DNA of 63,098 bases, counting the filler. It is 13 parts of 13 records of this genome, joined end to end, with 100 filler letters (N's around TTAATTAATTAA, not from the genome) between each part and the next. Parts side by side here need not be neighbours in the genome. Positions count along the whole stretch, not along the records: positions 5,992 to 15,417 come from SRR20825015_243; positions 15,518 to 22,549 come from SRR20825015_247; 11 more parts are not named here. One strand, written 5' to 3'. Positions 9,732 to 21,250 of this stretch are shown in pieces. The translations under genes were made by a program, and so were the position numbers. The notes beneath the pieces are model-generated. The model was not told the DNA's origin. It saw only the letters and a list, made by a program, of their open reading frames with translations, and searched no databases. Numbering within the stretch: the first letter of the stretch is position 1; each line of letters starts with the position of its first letter.

Positions 9732-10649
9732 TCAGAACTTCGCGCCTTCGCGGATGAACGTCCCGGCATTCAGTTCGTTGAACGCCTGCACCAGTTCCTG
9801 GCGCGTGTTCATGACGATGGGACCGTGCCAGGCGACGGGCTCCTGGATGGGCTTGCCCGAAACGAGCAGAAAGCGGATGCCTCGTTCGCCGGCCTGCACC
9901 ACCACTTCGTCGCCCGTGTCGAAAACCACGAGCGTGCGGTCACCGCTCATGTCGCGCAGATGCACTTCCTCGCCTGCGACCTCCTTTTCGACCAGCACCC
10001 CGAATGGTTTCGAGGCATCGCGGAACGTGCCGGAGCCTTCGAAGATATAGGCGAATGCGCTACGGTAGGTGTCGACCGGCAGGACCTTGCGCTTTCCCGG
10101 CGGCACCCAGACATCGAGATATTGCGGATCAGCCGCAATACCATCGACGGGACCACGCTTGCCCCAGAACTCACCGACCACGACACGCACGCGCGTCCCG
10201 TCATCGTCGATCACTTCGGGAATGTCGCCGGCTTTCACGTCCTGATAGCGTGGCGTCGTCATCTTCTCGCTCGATGGCAGGTTGGCCCAGAGCTGGAAGC
10301 CGTGCATACGGCCCTGCCTGTCACCATGCGGCATTTCCTGATGGAGGATACCGCTGCCGGCCGTCATCCATTGCACATCCCCGGCGCCAAGTGAGCCGGC
10401 ATTGCCGAGACTGTCTGCATGATCGACGCTGCCCGCCAGAACATAGGTGATTGTTTCGATGCCGCGATGCGGATGCCAGGGAAAGCCGGCCTGATAGTCT
10501 TCCGGCCGATCGTTGCGGAAATCATCGAGCAGAAGGAACGGATCGGCCAGCTTCGGATCGCCAAAGCCGAACGCTCGGTCAAGTCGAACACCTGCACCTT
10601 CCATCGTGGGCTGGGCCTGCGAAATCTGCTTTACGGGACGAATGGACAT
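9732..10649 (-). CDS. Pirin family protein
   Basis: DPFLLLDDF, GFPWHPHRGIETITY, MTAGSGILHQE, GPIVMNT. Confidence 0.95.
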   Translation of the reverse strand: MSIRPVKQISQAQPTMEGAGVRLDRAFGFGDPKLADPFLLLDDFRNDRPEDYQAGFPWHPHRGIETITYVLAGSVDHADSLGNAGSLGAGDVQWMTAGSGILHQEMPHGDRQGRMHGFQLWANLPSSEKMTTPRYQDVKAGDIPEVIDDDGTRVRVVVGEFWGKRGPVDGIAADPQYLDVWVPPGKRKVLPVDTYRSAFAYIFEGSGTFRDASKPFGVLVEKEVAGEEVHLRDMSGDRTLVVFDTGDEVVVQAGERGIRFLLVSGKPIQEPVAWHGPIVMNTRQELVQAFNELNAGTFIREGAKF

Positions 10650-10730
10650 GATCGTCTCTCCATCTGTTGCTTGGAGCAAAGATAGTTCGTGCCTGCGGTT
10701 ATGACATCCGCGACAGCGAAGACGCGCTGT

Positions 10731-11306
10731 TTACATATTGGAGACAATCGGCGGCATTGACGCTGTGCGTGGTCCAATGCTCTGGTCACGCCAGAACACG
10801 ATTGTCGGGCGGTCCTTGTACTCGGTGCGCGCTTTTTCAACAAAGCCGAGGCGCTCCGCGAGCCTGCGTGACGGAGCGTTCTCCTCATCGATGATGCAGG
10901 TAACGGTTTTGTCCCGGTGTGCTCGCGAGCACCAGGAAAACACGGCTTCCATGGCTTCTTTCGCATAGCCTCTGCCGTGGACCTCCGGCAGGAAGACCCA
11001 TCCGGCCTCCAGCGTGCCTTCAACAGAAGGGGTAATAGCGCGCCGTGCTTCCTGAACACCGGCATCGCCCAGAAAAGCACCCGTCGCCTTCTCCGTTACG
11101 GCAAAATAGCCGAAACCCACCAGATCCCACATGCCCCGATGCATGGCGAGACGGCGCCAGGCATCTTCACCGGTGAGTGGTTTGCCCGAGGTAAAGCGCG
11201 TGGCCTCCGGCAGCGACCAGAGGTGGGCGAAGGCATCGAAATCGGTGCTGGAGTGTGCACGCAGCAGGAGGCGCTCCGTTTCAAGTACCGGGGTTTGCAG
11301 GGTCAT
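10731..11306 (-). CDS. GNAT (RimJ/RimL-type) N-acetyltransferase
   Basis: LETERLLLR, EAGW...HGRGYAKEA, N.PSRRLAERLGF. Confidence 0.9.
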   Translation of the reverse strand: MTLQTPVLETERLLLRAHSSTDFDAFAHLWSLPEATRFTSGKPLTGEDAWRRLAMHRGMWDLVGFGYFAVTEKATGAFLGDAGVQEARRAITPSVEGTLEAGWVFLPEVHGRGYAKEAMEAVFSWCSRAHRDKTVTCIIDEENAPSRRLAERLGFVEKARTEYKDRPTIVFWRDQSIGPRTASMPPIVSNM

Positions 11307-12547
11307 TCATTCGGTCCAAGCCGATCGGCGATCAGTAGTGCCAGGCGTTCGGCAACATCGTCCTTGCCCATCTCCGGCCATTCGTCGTGTCCGTCCTGGC
11401 TGACGATCACCACGCTGTTGCGGTCGCCGCCCATCACACCACCGGGGCCGACGCCGCTGTCATGCGAGACGTCGTTGGCGACGATGATGTCGGCGCCTTT
11501 CTTGTTCAGCTTTGCGCGCGCATTCTTGAACAGATCCTGCGTTTCGGCAGCGAAGCCGATGACGAGCGCCGGGCGCTTTTCATGATGCCCGATCCCCGAA
11601 AGGATGTCGGGATTTTCGGTGAGCTCGAGCGTGGGAGCGCCCTGTCCGGGTTTCTTCTTGATCTTCTCGGCGGTCTCGACAGCCGGACGCCAGTCGGCGA
11701 CGGCAGCGACGAAGACCCCGGCATCTGCCGGAAGTGCGGCTTCCACCGCTTCGCGCATCTGGCGTGCTGTCTCCACATGGGTGGTGATGACACCCTGCGG
11801 GTCCGGAATGGAGACGGGGCCCGAAACGAGGTGAACCGATGCCCCGAGGCGGGCAAGTGCCGCAGCGATGGCGTGTCCCTGTTTGCCCGAAGACCGGTTG
11901 GCAATGTAGCGAACCGGGTCGATCACCTCATGGGTTGGTCCCGAGGTAACGATCACCTTGCGCCCCGCAAGCGGCTTTTCGCCGGTGTCGAGCAGGGCCT
12001 CTATGGCTGCCACGATCTCCATCGGCTCGGCCATGCGACCTTCGCCTGCTTCGCCGCTTTCGGCCATCTCTCCCCGGTTGGGGCCGACAAAATGCACGCC
12101 GTCTTCCCGGAGCGTCCTTGCATTGCGCTGCGTGGCCGGGTGCTCCCACATACGGGGGTTCATGGCGGGCGCCAGGAGAACAGGCTTGTCGGTGGCCAGC
12201 AGCACCGTCGAGGCGAGGTCATTGGCCTGACCGGTGGCGAGCTTTGCCATCAGGTCGGCTGTCGTGGGCGCGACGACGAGAAGGTCGGCCTCGCGCGAAA
12301 GACGGATATGGCCGACATCGTGTTCGTCCTGACGGTCGAACAGATCGGTGAAGACGTGGTCTGCCGAAAGCGCGCCCACGGATAGCGGGGTGATGAACTC
12401 CTGTGCGGCCTTTGTCATGACGCAACGCACGCTCGCCCCGCGCTCGCGCAGGCGGCGGATCAGGTCGAGGCATTTATAGGCTGCGATGCCGCCCCCGATC
12501 AGAAGCAGGATGCGCGTTTTGCGAAGGGTCTGCTGGGGGGCTGTCAT
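11303..12547 (-). CDS. coaBC: Bifunctional phosphopantothenoylcysteine decarboxylase/synthetase
   Basis: [52 protein letters not shown]. Confidence 0.97.
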   Translation of the reverse strand: MTAPQQTLRKTRILLLIGGGIAAYKCLDLIRRLRERGASVRCVMTKAAQEFITPLSVGALSADHVFTDLFDRQDEHDVGHIRLSREADLLVVAPTTADLMAKLATGQANDLASTVLLATDKPVLLAPAMNPRMWEHPATQRNARTLREDGVHFVGPNRGEMAESGEAGEGRMAEPMEIVAAIEALLDTGEKPLAGRKVIVTSGPTHEVIDPVRYIANRSSGKQGHAIAAALARLGASVHLVSGPVSIPDPQGVITTHVETARQMREAVEAALPADAGVFVAAVADWRPAVETAEKIKKKPGQGAPTLELTENPDILSGIGHHEKRPALVIGFAAETQDLFKNARAKLNKKGADIIVANDVSHDSGVGPGGVMGGDRNSVVIVSQDGHDEWPEMGKDDVAERLALLIADRLGPNE

Positions 12548-12561
12548 GGATGCAGGCTCTC

Positions 12562-12987
12562 TTACGACGGCTTCATGGCTGGCTCGATATCGGTATGAAC
12601 GAAATCGTCGCCCTTGAAAAGAAGCGGCAGGTTAGCGCTGCGGGCGAGAGCGTAAGCGAAGCAGTCTCCAATGTTGAGCGCGGCTTTGTGGCCGGTGCCC
12701 GGACCATAGATCGCGTAGGCCCTGCGTGCGATGCTCAATTGCCGGTCGTCGAAGTCGATCGTTTCCACGTCGAGAGCCTTGAGCAGTGTGTTGAGGCGCG
12801 CGGTTCCTTCGATCATCGCAATGTGCCTTGCAACGCAATGCGCTTCGAAGGTGGTGGTGCTGCTGATAAGGATTCGTTCGGCATGTACGAAAGCCTGACG
12901 AAACATGTCCGCATCCGCATCGCCGTTCAGAACGGCGATTAGCGCCGACGTGTCGACGACGAATTTCGCTTCACAATGTACGGCCAT
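12562..12987 (-). CDS. vapC: VapC/FitB PIN-domain toxin
   Basis: VVDTSALIAVL..D, LNIGDCFAYALA, LLFKGDDF.HTD. Confidence 0.93.
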   Translation of the reverse strand: MAVHCEAKFVVDTSALIAVLNGDADADMFRQAFVHAERILISSTTTFEAHCVARHIAMIEGTARLNTLLKALDVETIDFDDRQLSIARRAYAIYGPGTGHKAALNIGDCFAYALARSANLPLLFKGDDFVHTDIEPAMKPS

Positions 12988-13225
12988 TCCAGATCTCGTC
13001 GGTGATGGCTTTCAGATTGAAAGGGCCGATGGGGCTCATCGAGACCGATTCGATCAGCTCGATGCGATGACGGATTTTCTGAGTGCGGGTATTCTGGTGA
13101 GGCTGTACACTTTTTGCGAGTATGCGACGGACCTCTTCCTCCATCGAGACGTCGTTTTCGGCCGCGCGTTTTTTTAGAGCGCGCCGCACCTTCTCGTCCA
13201 CATTTCGAATGGTCAGTGTCGCCAT
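12971..13225 (-). CDS. FitA-like ribbon-helix-helix antitoxin
   Basis: MATLTIRNVDEKVRRALKKRAAENDVSMEEEVRRIL; overlaps the toxin start; GGAG SD upstream. Confidence 0.9.
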   Translation of the reverse strand: MATLTIRNVDEKVRRALKKRAAENDVSMEEEVRRILAKSVQPHQNTRTQKIRHRIELIESVSMSPIGPFNLKAITDEIWNGRTL

Positions 13226-13485
13226 TGTTACTCCGTTACAAAACACTTCAGCCTTAACGCAGCGGCAGGCATGTTGCATGCCTGCCGCATTCACGTCTGG
13301 GCATAACCCAATGACAGCATGACTGTCAGTGCTGGCGTTGCATTATGCACACTTCTTCGGCGTGGAATAATGAGGCGAATCCGTGTCTTAGGTGCGGTTT
13401 GCTAGCATTGCTGTCATTGCCTTCAGGGTATGCCTGGCGCGACTGAAGGCCGATGTTCGAACGAACGGATACGGGCTGGATGGGA

Positions 13486-15063
13486 TCAGGAGATCTGCCA
13501 CGCGATAACGGCAAGCGCAATCGCGATCACCCACAGGGCGAAACGCCCGCCGCGTGAATGGCGGGCTTCTGCCCTGCCAATCGCTTCGGCGGTCTCGGGA
13601 TCAAAGCGCAAACCCTTCTGGGCCATCGTGTCGATCTCACGGGAGAGGCGCTCCGTACGGGCGGCCAGATCCGGGGCCTGACGAACGAGCGCGACGAGCG
13701 CCCCCACGCCTTCGCCTGCATCCCTTATGATGCCGCGTGGCCCGAGATTGGCGGCGATCCAGTCGGACACCACCGGCTCGGCCGTCTTCCACATGTTGAA
13801 ATGCGGATCGAGCGTGCGCGCCACACCTTCGACCACCACCATGGTTTTCTGCAGCAGCAGCAGCTCCGGGCGGGTCTGCATGTCGAAGAGTTCGGTGACT
13901 TCGAAGAGAAGTGTGAGAAGGCGCGCCATGGAAATGGTCTCGGCAGACTGGCCGTGGATCGGCTCACCAATGGCGCGCAGCGCCTGCGCAAAAGCGGCGA
14001 CGTCGTGGTGCGCCGGTACATAACCCGCCTCGAAATGCACCTCCGCCACCCGGCGGAAATCGCGGGTAATAAAACCGTAGAGGATCTCGGCCAGGAAATG
14101 CCGCTCCTTGCGTCCAATCCGTCCGGTGATGCCAAAATCGACGGCAACGATCGTGCCGTCATCCTCGACAAACAGGTTGCCGGGATGCATGTCCGCGTGA
14201 AAGAAGCCGTCGCGCAGTGTATGGCGCAGGAAGGACTGGATCAGCGTTCTGGCGAGCGCTTCGAGGTCGTGACCTGCTTCCCGCAACGCGTCGATGTCCG
14301 ACATCTTCGTGCCGTTGACCCATTCGAGTGTCATCACATCGCGACCGGTGCGCTGCCAGTCGACAGCCGGAACGCGGAAACCCGGGTCGTCCCTGGTGTT
14401 TTCCTGTATCTCTGAAATGGCAGCGGCTTCCAGCCGCAGATCCATCTCGATCTTCGTCACCTGCGCCAGCGTCTCCGCCACCTTCACAGGCTTGAGACGA
14501 CGCGTGGACGGCATGAACCGTTCCTGCAGGTGTGCAGCCAGAAAATAGCTTTCGAGGTCGTTCTGAAACCGGCGCCTGACGCCGGGTCTGATGACCTTCA
14601 CGGCCACCTTCCGGGGCTCTGATCCACCGGCATCAACAAGCGCCTCGTGCACCTGAGCAATGGAAGCGGCGGCAACAGGCCCGTCGAACTGCACAAAGAG
14701 CTCCTCAACCGGTCTCCCGAGCGAAGTTTCTATGGCCGCCCGCGCCTGGGTCTCCGGGAACGTATCCATCCGGTCCTGAAGGCGGGAGAGGTCCCGAGCC
14801 ATGTCATGGCCGACGACATCAGGTCGGGTTGCCAGGAACTGACCGAGCTTCACATAGGAGGGCCCCAGTCGGTTCACCGCCTGCGCAAGTCGTTCAGGGC
14901 GGTCGCGTCGTGCCGAACGACGCCGAGACATCAGCTTTGCGACACGCCAGCCAAAGCGCGGCATGCCTTCCAACTGGTCGCCCGGCATGGCCGCAACCAC
15001 ACCTTCGCGAATGAGAATCCAGCCCGCGCGTGCAAGCCTCAGATATGCGCCGACCGTACTCAT
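13486..15063 (-). CDS. ubiB: Ubiquinone biosynthesis kinase-like protein UbiB
   Basis: LGPSYVKLGQFLATRPD, AASIAQVH, VAVKV.RP, GFFHADMHPGN, DFG. Confidence 0.96.
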   Translation of the reverse strand: MSTVGAYLRLARAGWILIREGVVAAMPGDQLEGMPRFGWRVAKLMSRRRSARRDRPERLAQAVNRLGPSYVKLGQFLATRPDVVGHDMARDLSRLQDRMDTFPETQARAAIETSLGRPVEELFVQFDGPVAAASIAQVHEALVDAGGSEPRKVAVKVIRPGVRRRFQNDLESYFLAAHLQERFMPSTRRLKPVKVAETLAQVTKIEMDLRLEAAAISEIQENTRDDPGFRVPAVDWQRTGRDVMTLEWVNGTKMSDIDALREAGHDLEALARTLIQSFLRHTLRDGFFHADMHPGNLFVEDDGTIVAVDFGITGRIGRKERHFLAEILYGFITRDFRRVAEVHFEAGYVPAHHDVAAFAQALRAIGEPIHGQSAETISMARLLTLLFEVTELFDMQTRPELLLLQKTMVVVEGVARTLDPHFNMWKTAEPVVSDWIAANLGPRGIIRDAGEGVGALVALVRQAPDLAARTERLSREIDTMAQKGLRFDPETAEAIGRAEARHSRGGRFALWVIAIALAVIAWQIS

Positions 15064-15073
15064 GAATATGCCG

Positions 15074-15417
15074 TCAAATCTTCCAGCCGGAGTGCAGGGC
15101 GGCGATCCCGCCAGTATAATTGCGCCATGTCACGCGCGAGAAGCCCGCATTTGTGATCATCGCGGCAAAATTCTGCTGGTTTGGGAACTTGCGGATGGAT
15201 TCGATCAGATACCGATAGGGCTCGCCGTCGCCTGTCACCGCCTGCCCGATGCGCGGAATCGCATGGAAGGACCAGTTTTCATAGACCTTGTCGAGGAGCG
15301 GCATTTCGACTTCGGAAAATTCGAGGCACAGAAAGCGCCCGCCGGGTTTCAGAACGCGAAAAGCCTCATCCAGTGCCCGGTCGATGTGCGGCACATTGCG
15401 AATGCCAAAGGCAATCG
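15074..15417 (-). CDS. ubiE: UbiE C-methyltransferase, 5'-truncated
   Basis: [48 protein letters not shown]. Confidence 0.95.
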
Positions 15418-15517
15418 NNNNNNNNNNNNNNNNNNNNNNNNNNNNNNNNNNNNNNNNNNNNTTAATTAATTAANNNNNNNNNNNNNNNNNNNNNNNNNNN
15501 NNNNNNNNNNNNNNNNN

Positions 15518-15565
15518 GTGTGTATGTGTGTGTGTATGTGTGTGTATAGCGTATGTGTGCGCGCG
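15518..15565. repeat. (GT/AT)n microsatellite-like tract at eukaryotic contig end
   Basis: gtgtgtatgtgtgtgtgtatgtgtgtgtat, upstream of a plausible splice acceptor, so probably intronic. Confidence 0.8.
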
Positions 15566-15643
15566 CAAGCGTCCGTTTGTTAACGCGAGTCATGAGTGGC
15601 ATTCGCTCTTCCGTTGCATGAGCTTCTCACAACTTCACTTCAG

Positions 15644-18600
15644 AACCTGTGGTGACAACGGTATTTCCTTTTTCCGCTCGGAGACGCACACAAGACAGCG
15701 AAGTTCTTCACGGTGTCGGTGGACAGCTGCTCTCTTCTGACATCGCCATTATGTCCGACTGCGATGGAGATTCTGTCGAGAATCCAATCTTCGACATCAC
15801 GGATGATCGAGAGTCCGGATCGGTGTTGCTGCCGATTTCACTTGACGGTGAAAGCCTTTGCTGGAAGAGTACAAATAGTGGTGTATCCCACACTGTTGGT
15901 GGTATGAATGCTTTTCGCGTTTTAGACTTGTCATTGCCTGAATGTTGACAATTTTGTCAATTCATATATAGATCCGTCGATTGTGGCGTTCGCACCGTCG
16001 AGCATCCCATTAGGTTCTGCAACAACTTTCACATTGAATGGGGTGTCATTGTCGCCTTTGCTTTCGGTGGAAGTGGGAATATCTCCTTTCGATGATCAGA
16101 ATTACGACGTCGAGACTTTGTGCACAGAAGAAGATTCCGTCCAAGCTATATCCACAGCCTCTGTCACCGCCAGCGATGCCGCGATTGTTTCAATCGACTT
16201 TGCAAGTGAAGTTGGTGGACTATATGCGATGTGTTGGCGAATTCGTTCAAACGAAGAGGCTCCAGGTCTTTTCTCACTCGTCGAAACGTCAAGTATTGAT
16301 GGTGGCGACTCCGAGCCATCACCGTTGTGTTTTGGAGAAGAAGAAAGTGACGCGAAGGCTACGATCAACATCGATTTGTGCAGCATCGAAGACGCTGGTA
16401 TGACAGTGTCAGCTGACCAACTCTTTTATATCGGACCCTTGTTGGCATTCCCTCGCCTGGAGCTGTGCTTAACATCCAGACCTAACGCAACCTTTGTTGC
16501 CGACGTGCGCATATCCACACTGAATGGAAACGTTACAGTAGCTGAGACGATAACCTTTCCCCGATGTTTGTGGTCTTCGCCACTTGAAGTCGATATCGTC
16601 GAGCTTGTGGGCCGGGACACACTCGCCCAAATATCGGCGGATTCTTACACGATCACCTTCTTCCCTACGATAAGCAACGTTGCCATCCAACCACTACGCA
16701 TCCAAGGTATAGAGTTAGTATCTAATCCCGTGACTAGCATCGGTGCAGAAAGTCAGGTCCTCCAGAACTCGTTCACAACCTCACTAGGCGTTACTACACT
16801 TGACATTTCCATGAGTGTAGCATCCACTACAGAAGACGGCGGTGTCGTTGCAGCTGTCACCATGCTGAGAGAGGAACCCACTTCGACTGTCCTTGTCACT
16901 TCGATGTTACTTCGCAAAGACGAAGATGGTGTTGAGCATGGTATTCCACAAACCGTCGCCCGAGTCTCGCCCACAGAGATAGTCTACGTACCTTCGAACT
17001 GGACAGTACCGTCAATCGTATCGATAGTCATGATAGATAACAACTACGATGACGGGGATGAGGTAAGGTTTTGATGCGTTTCAGATCGGTAGGATCAACG
17101 TTTTTAACCTTTCGTCTTTCACGCAGACCTTCATACTGGAGCTGACGGCATTAGATACTTCGCACAGAGCTGAGATTGTCAAGTTGGATGATGACTATTC
17201 TGGTGTGGAGATGTCGCCGCCGTCATCAACAGTTGACGAGCTTGGAAGTGGATCGAACTTTTCGGTATCTCTTTCCTGTCAGCCAACAGCCATGGTGAGA
17301 CTGAAGCTGGCTAGTGACGACCCACAAGCGGGAATGGTGCTCGACGACGTTGTCGATATCACACCGGTCACGTGGAAGGACAAACACGTGATTCGGGTGC
17401 AAGGGGTAGCAGACTCCATCGGTTTAGGAGCCGACAGGAACTTTACCGTCCTGGTGACGGACGTCGTTTCTGAAGACCCCAATTACAGATCTTTGGGGAA
17501 CACCGAATTCTTGGCTCTCGAAGAGTGGATAGCGAAACTACCACCTTCGCTAAAAACCGTCAATTTCACAACCGAAAACGTCCCGTTTCCCTCCATCTTC
17601 TCCATCTCGCCAGCCACCGCGGCTCTGATTGGAGGAACCAACATCACTTTGGTTGGCAAGTTTTTCTCTCCAAGTGTCGCTTTTGTGATCGGAAATAGCA
17701 CAGCTAGCATTTGGCCAGACCACTTTTTCGTCGTATCGTCGGGCAACCCTTCAAGGGATGGAATGACTCTACATGATCATCTTGACACAACCTTCACCTG
17801 GGTGTTATCAGGCCCTCCGCAAAATACCAGCGGGTACTATTTCTTGACAGCAGTTAATCTGGATACAGGCGCACGGGACCAGAGCTCCCTCTCCATATAC
17901 TATACGGATCAGTGCCCCCATGAGGAGTGGTATGGCTCGGGTGTGGACTGTCGACCGTGTCCGAAAGGCGCATTTTGTCCAGGTGAGTTGAAGATGAAAG
18001 AGTGTGGCTTCTCCAAAGCGCTTTGCCTCTCTCTCTCTCTGTGTGTGTTTGGGGGAACGGATTCGCCTCTCTCTGTTTGGGGGAACGGATTCGCCTCTCT
18101 CGATAGAGTTACGTCCGCTGAACCCCGTGTTTTGAAATGCAGGTGGCTATCGGATGTGGCCGTTACAGGGGTACTGGACCACAGATGAAACGGCAGCGGC
18201 CGTCAGCAAATGCAAAACTCCAGAAGATCGCTGCCTAGGCACAAGATTCTCCCTCTGTGGTAAAGGTTACAGTGGAACAAGTTGCGATGGTGCGTAGATA
18301 TGATGCATTGATTCGCTCTAGAATATGCCCTTTCGAACCCTCTGCTTCGTAACCGCAAATGACATGTTCGTCCATTTCTATTCTCAATATCTTTAGATTG
18401 CGAGGCGAACTATTTTTTACAAGCCGGAGTCTGCGAGCCGTGTTTCCGCGACGGTGATGAAGCCAAGCTGTACTTCGTGTTGGTGTCGGCATTGGTATTT
18501 TTGGGCATCGTATCATGCGCCTCTCTGGTTTTCCACCCGCCCGCCTTCGATACCTTCTACTGGACGGTCCTACGCGGTCAGGCTATCGCTCGGATCGGCC

Positions 18601-20774
18601 TTATTGCTTCGGCGGCTTTGCCACAAGCTGTCAGGGAGGCCTATGGCTACACCTCATTGTTGATTTTGGATTTTCAATTCATTCGACCAGGCTGTTCCGT
18701 TGGAGTGGTGGATGCCCCAACAGTCTATCTCGTCACTCTGATGCTAATTGTGATTGTGACATTGCCATCAGCGGCTGCATTTCTGTCCATCGCACACAAA
18801 ACGAAGAAAGAACTGCTGAGAGTTGCCGAAAGTGGAAAGTTGAGTGACGGAGACGAATCCGACTACGACAACAAAGTGAGGGTGCAGATGGCGACTGTGG
18901 CACTCGACAAACGAGCGAGGCTGTACAAGGCAATGGCGTACCGATCGTTTGGGGCAATATTTGGTATCGTGCGGAGTATATTGGCAGTGAAAACCCTTCA
19001 GGTTCTCTACTGCGAATACGATGAAGCAACCGGTGACCTTGTGATGGCACTAGAGAAGAGTACGGAGTGCTTCCAAGGTTCGCATGTTGTCGCCTTTGTG
19101 TTTGCCGTTCCGATATGTATCTTTCTGTACGTAGTGTTCCCGATCGCGGCGTGGAAAATCATCCGAGCGAAGAGAGGGGATATTGCCGTCAACAACAACC
19201 CATCGAGGGTTCGCTACAACATCCTGTTTATGCCGATCAAACCGTCGCACTTTGAATTCATGCTGATAGACCACACCCTTATCTTGTGCATCGCTCTTGC
19301 AGCTGGGTTACTGGGGAAGTTTGATTTGTGGAAGACAGTTTTCATGTTGTTCGCCTTCACGACATACTTCGCCCTTCAGCTGTACCACCGTCCATACGGT
19401 ACGCGTATGGTGTTATATCTCCAGGCCATGCAGTCATCAACCCAAGTGCTCCTCCTTATGTACAGTCTGCTCGCGAATTCCGGTGCTGAAGTCACATGGC
19501 TTCTATTCCCCGTCGTAGCGGTGTTTCTTGCTTACGTCATATTGACGTTCTATCTACTGAGACTGCGTCTGAAAAATCACGCAGGTTCGAAAGAATCCGT
19601 TGTGGCTCCATTGACGCTCTTTGTGACTGCACTCGCTCAGAGGAGTACCAAAAACTTTGGCCGCGCAGGTCGCTTGGTGGCCTCTGTTCTCTCAACAGAA
19701 AAATTGGAGAGGGAAATTCCATGGGATGGCAAATCAGTATTGGTTCACTTACCAGGCTCGCTGTGGAGTGGTACAACGCTAGGTGCTCCAACTGCCCGTC
19801 TGAACGTCGACATCACCGGCCCGGAATCAGACTCGGACCCCGGTCGTAGTTCCAGCGAAGATGAAACCCACTCATTTCTGAAGAGTGACGTGAAGCAGAA
19901 GAAGAAGAAGAAGAAGGAGAAGACACTTGACCGGGCATACGACAAGTTTGAGAATGATTCGACTTGGGACGTAGATGATGACGAAACTAAGACCGGTGGC
20001 TTCCTAAGCGATGACATTGCGATTACACTTCAGTCAATCTCATCAACAGGCGTTTCATCTGCTTCGAACTCAGATATCTCCGACGGCGATGAGCGAGAGG
20101 ATCGCAAGTCCAAGCATAATACGACCTTAGAGGCAACCAAAGGCAAAGATAAGGGAGCTGCGCGCTCCTCACTCAAGCTTTTATCGCGAAATCGGGAAGC
20201 GAAATCCGATCGGCCAACCATGGGATCTAGGAAGGCCCTTTCCAGTTTTATCCAAGGTTCCAAATATTCTTTTCTCGGACTGAAGGGAAAACTGACGAGA
20301 GGAAAAGCAGTTAAAGTGGACAACGTCGTGGTTCATGATGGAAAAGTCCGGGGTTACCGAAAGTTCGATGTTGGAGAGTCTGCACCGAAGCAATGGTCAT
20401 CCGGAAAGTGTGCATTGTCGTTCACCATCGATTCGAGGCACAGCTTTCTCATTGGCAAGTCCAGGATGTGCGACTTAATCCTGCCTTACGATCAAATTCC
20501 TGACAGGATCTTGGAGCTTCGGTCCTTGGACGGGCAGCAAGGACTGATGCAGTATGTTGTGATACCTTCAAACACTCGCCACGATGACATCAAGATCAAA
20601 GTCAACGGGAACGCATTAGACAAAGATTCGGAGGAGTGGTGCCTACCCGGTGACCGCTGTACGATATCAGCGAAGGATGCCAAATTTGAGATGGAACTGA
20701 GACGTTATGGTCGGAGTGGTGACTTGGGTTCGCTCGTAATGCAGTTGACGAAGAAAGAAAGCTCATCATTCTGA
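15644..20774 (+). CDS. Eukaryotic multi-exon cell-surface receptor-like protein: Calx-beta/cadherin-like repeats, IPT/TIG, Cys-rich repeats, multi-TM domain, FHA-like C terminus (5' end off contig)
   Basis: In-frame GT-AG introns 15902-15971, 17063-17126, 17983-18142, 18290-18396 join the ORFs. Motifs: PSNWTVPSIVSIVMIDNNYDDGD, FSVSLSCQPTA.V, IFSISPATAALIGGTNITLVGKFF, CRPCPKGAFCPGGYRMWPLQGYW, hydrophobic helices, FLIGKSRMCDLIL...IKVNG. Confidence 0.75.
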
Positions 20775-21250
20775 TCCGATTTGGCGTATGCCCAGACTTC
20801 TTTACAAGTTTGGCATTTAAAAGGAACACCGCAGCCATAACGGATGTCGAGATCCGCTGCTTGCATGTACGCACCTTGGTTTTTGAGGTTGATGTGAACG
20901 ATGTAGGGTGATTTATCAATAAGCATCGCAGTTTGTTTACAAACAAACACGAAAGCTGTATCACACAGCCGTTTCGCATTGATGCTCGCGACGGACTTTA
21001 GTTTGTAAGCAACCAACACACTTGGAGCGGATGCACTCACTGGATAATAGTGCGCAGAATACAAAACTGATCGTTACGTTGTTTTCTCACGGTTAACACA
21101 TTTTCATTGATTAAACGAACCAGCAAGCAACTCTCTAACAAACATCTTCAGTCATAACCGTTTTTTGTTTGTCTTTTCTGTGCACTTTTGTTTCGTTTGC
21201 TCGCAACGTCTAACATTTTGTTTTGCTTGGAATTGAGGGTTGAGACGAGC

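Noticed and set aside
18045-18101. Tandem ~28-nt direct repeat (TGTTTGGGGGAACGGATTCGCCTCTCTC x2)
   Set aside because: Two adjacent copies inside an intron next to CT/GT microsatellites; simple slippage duplication, with no spacers or cas genes.
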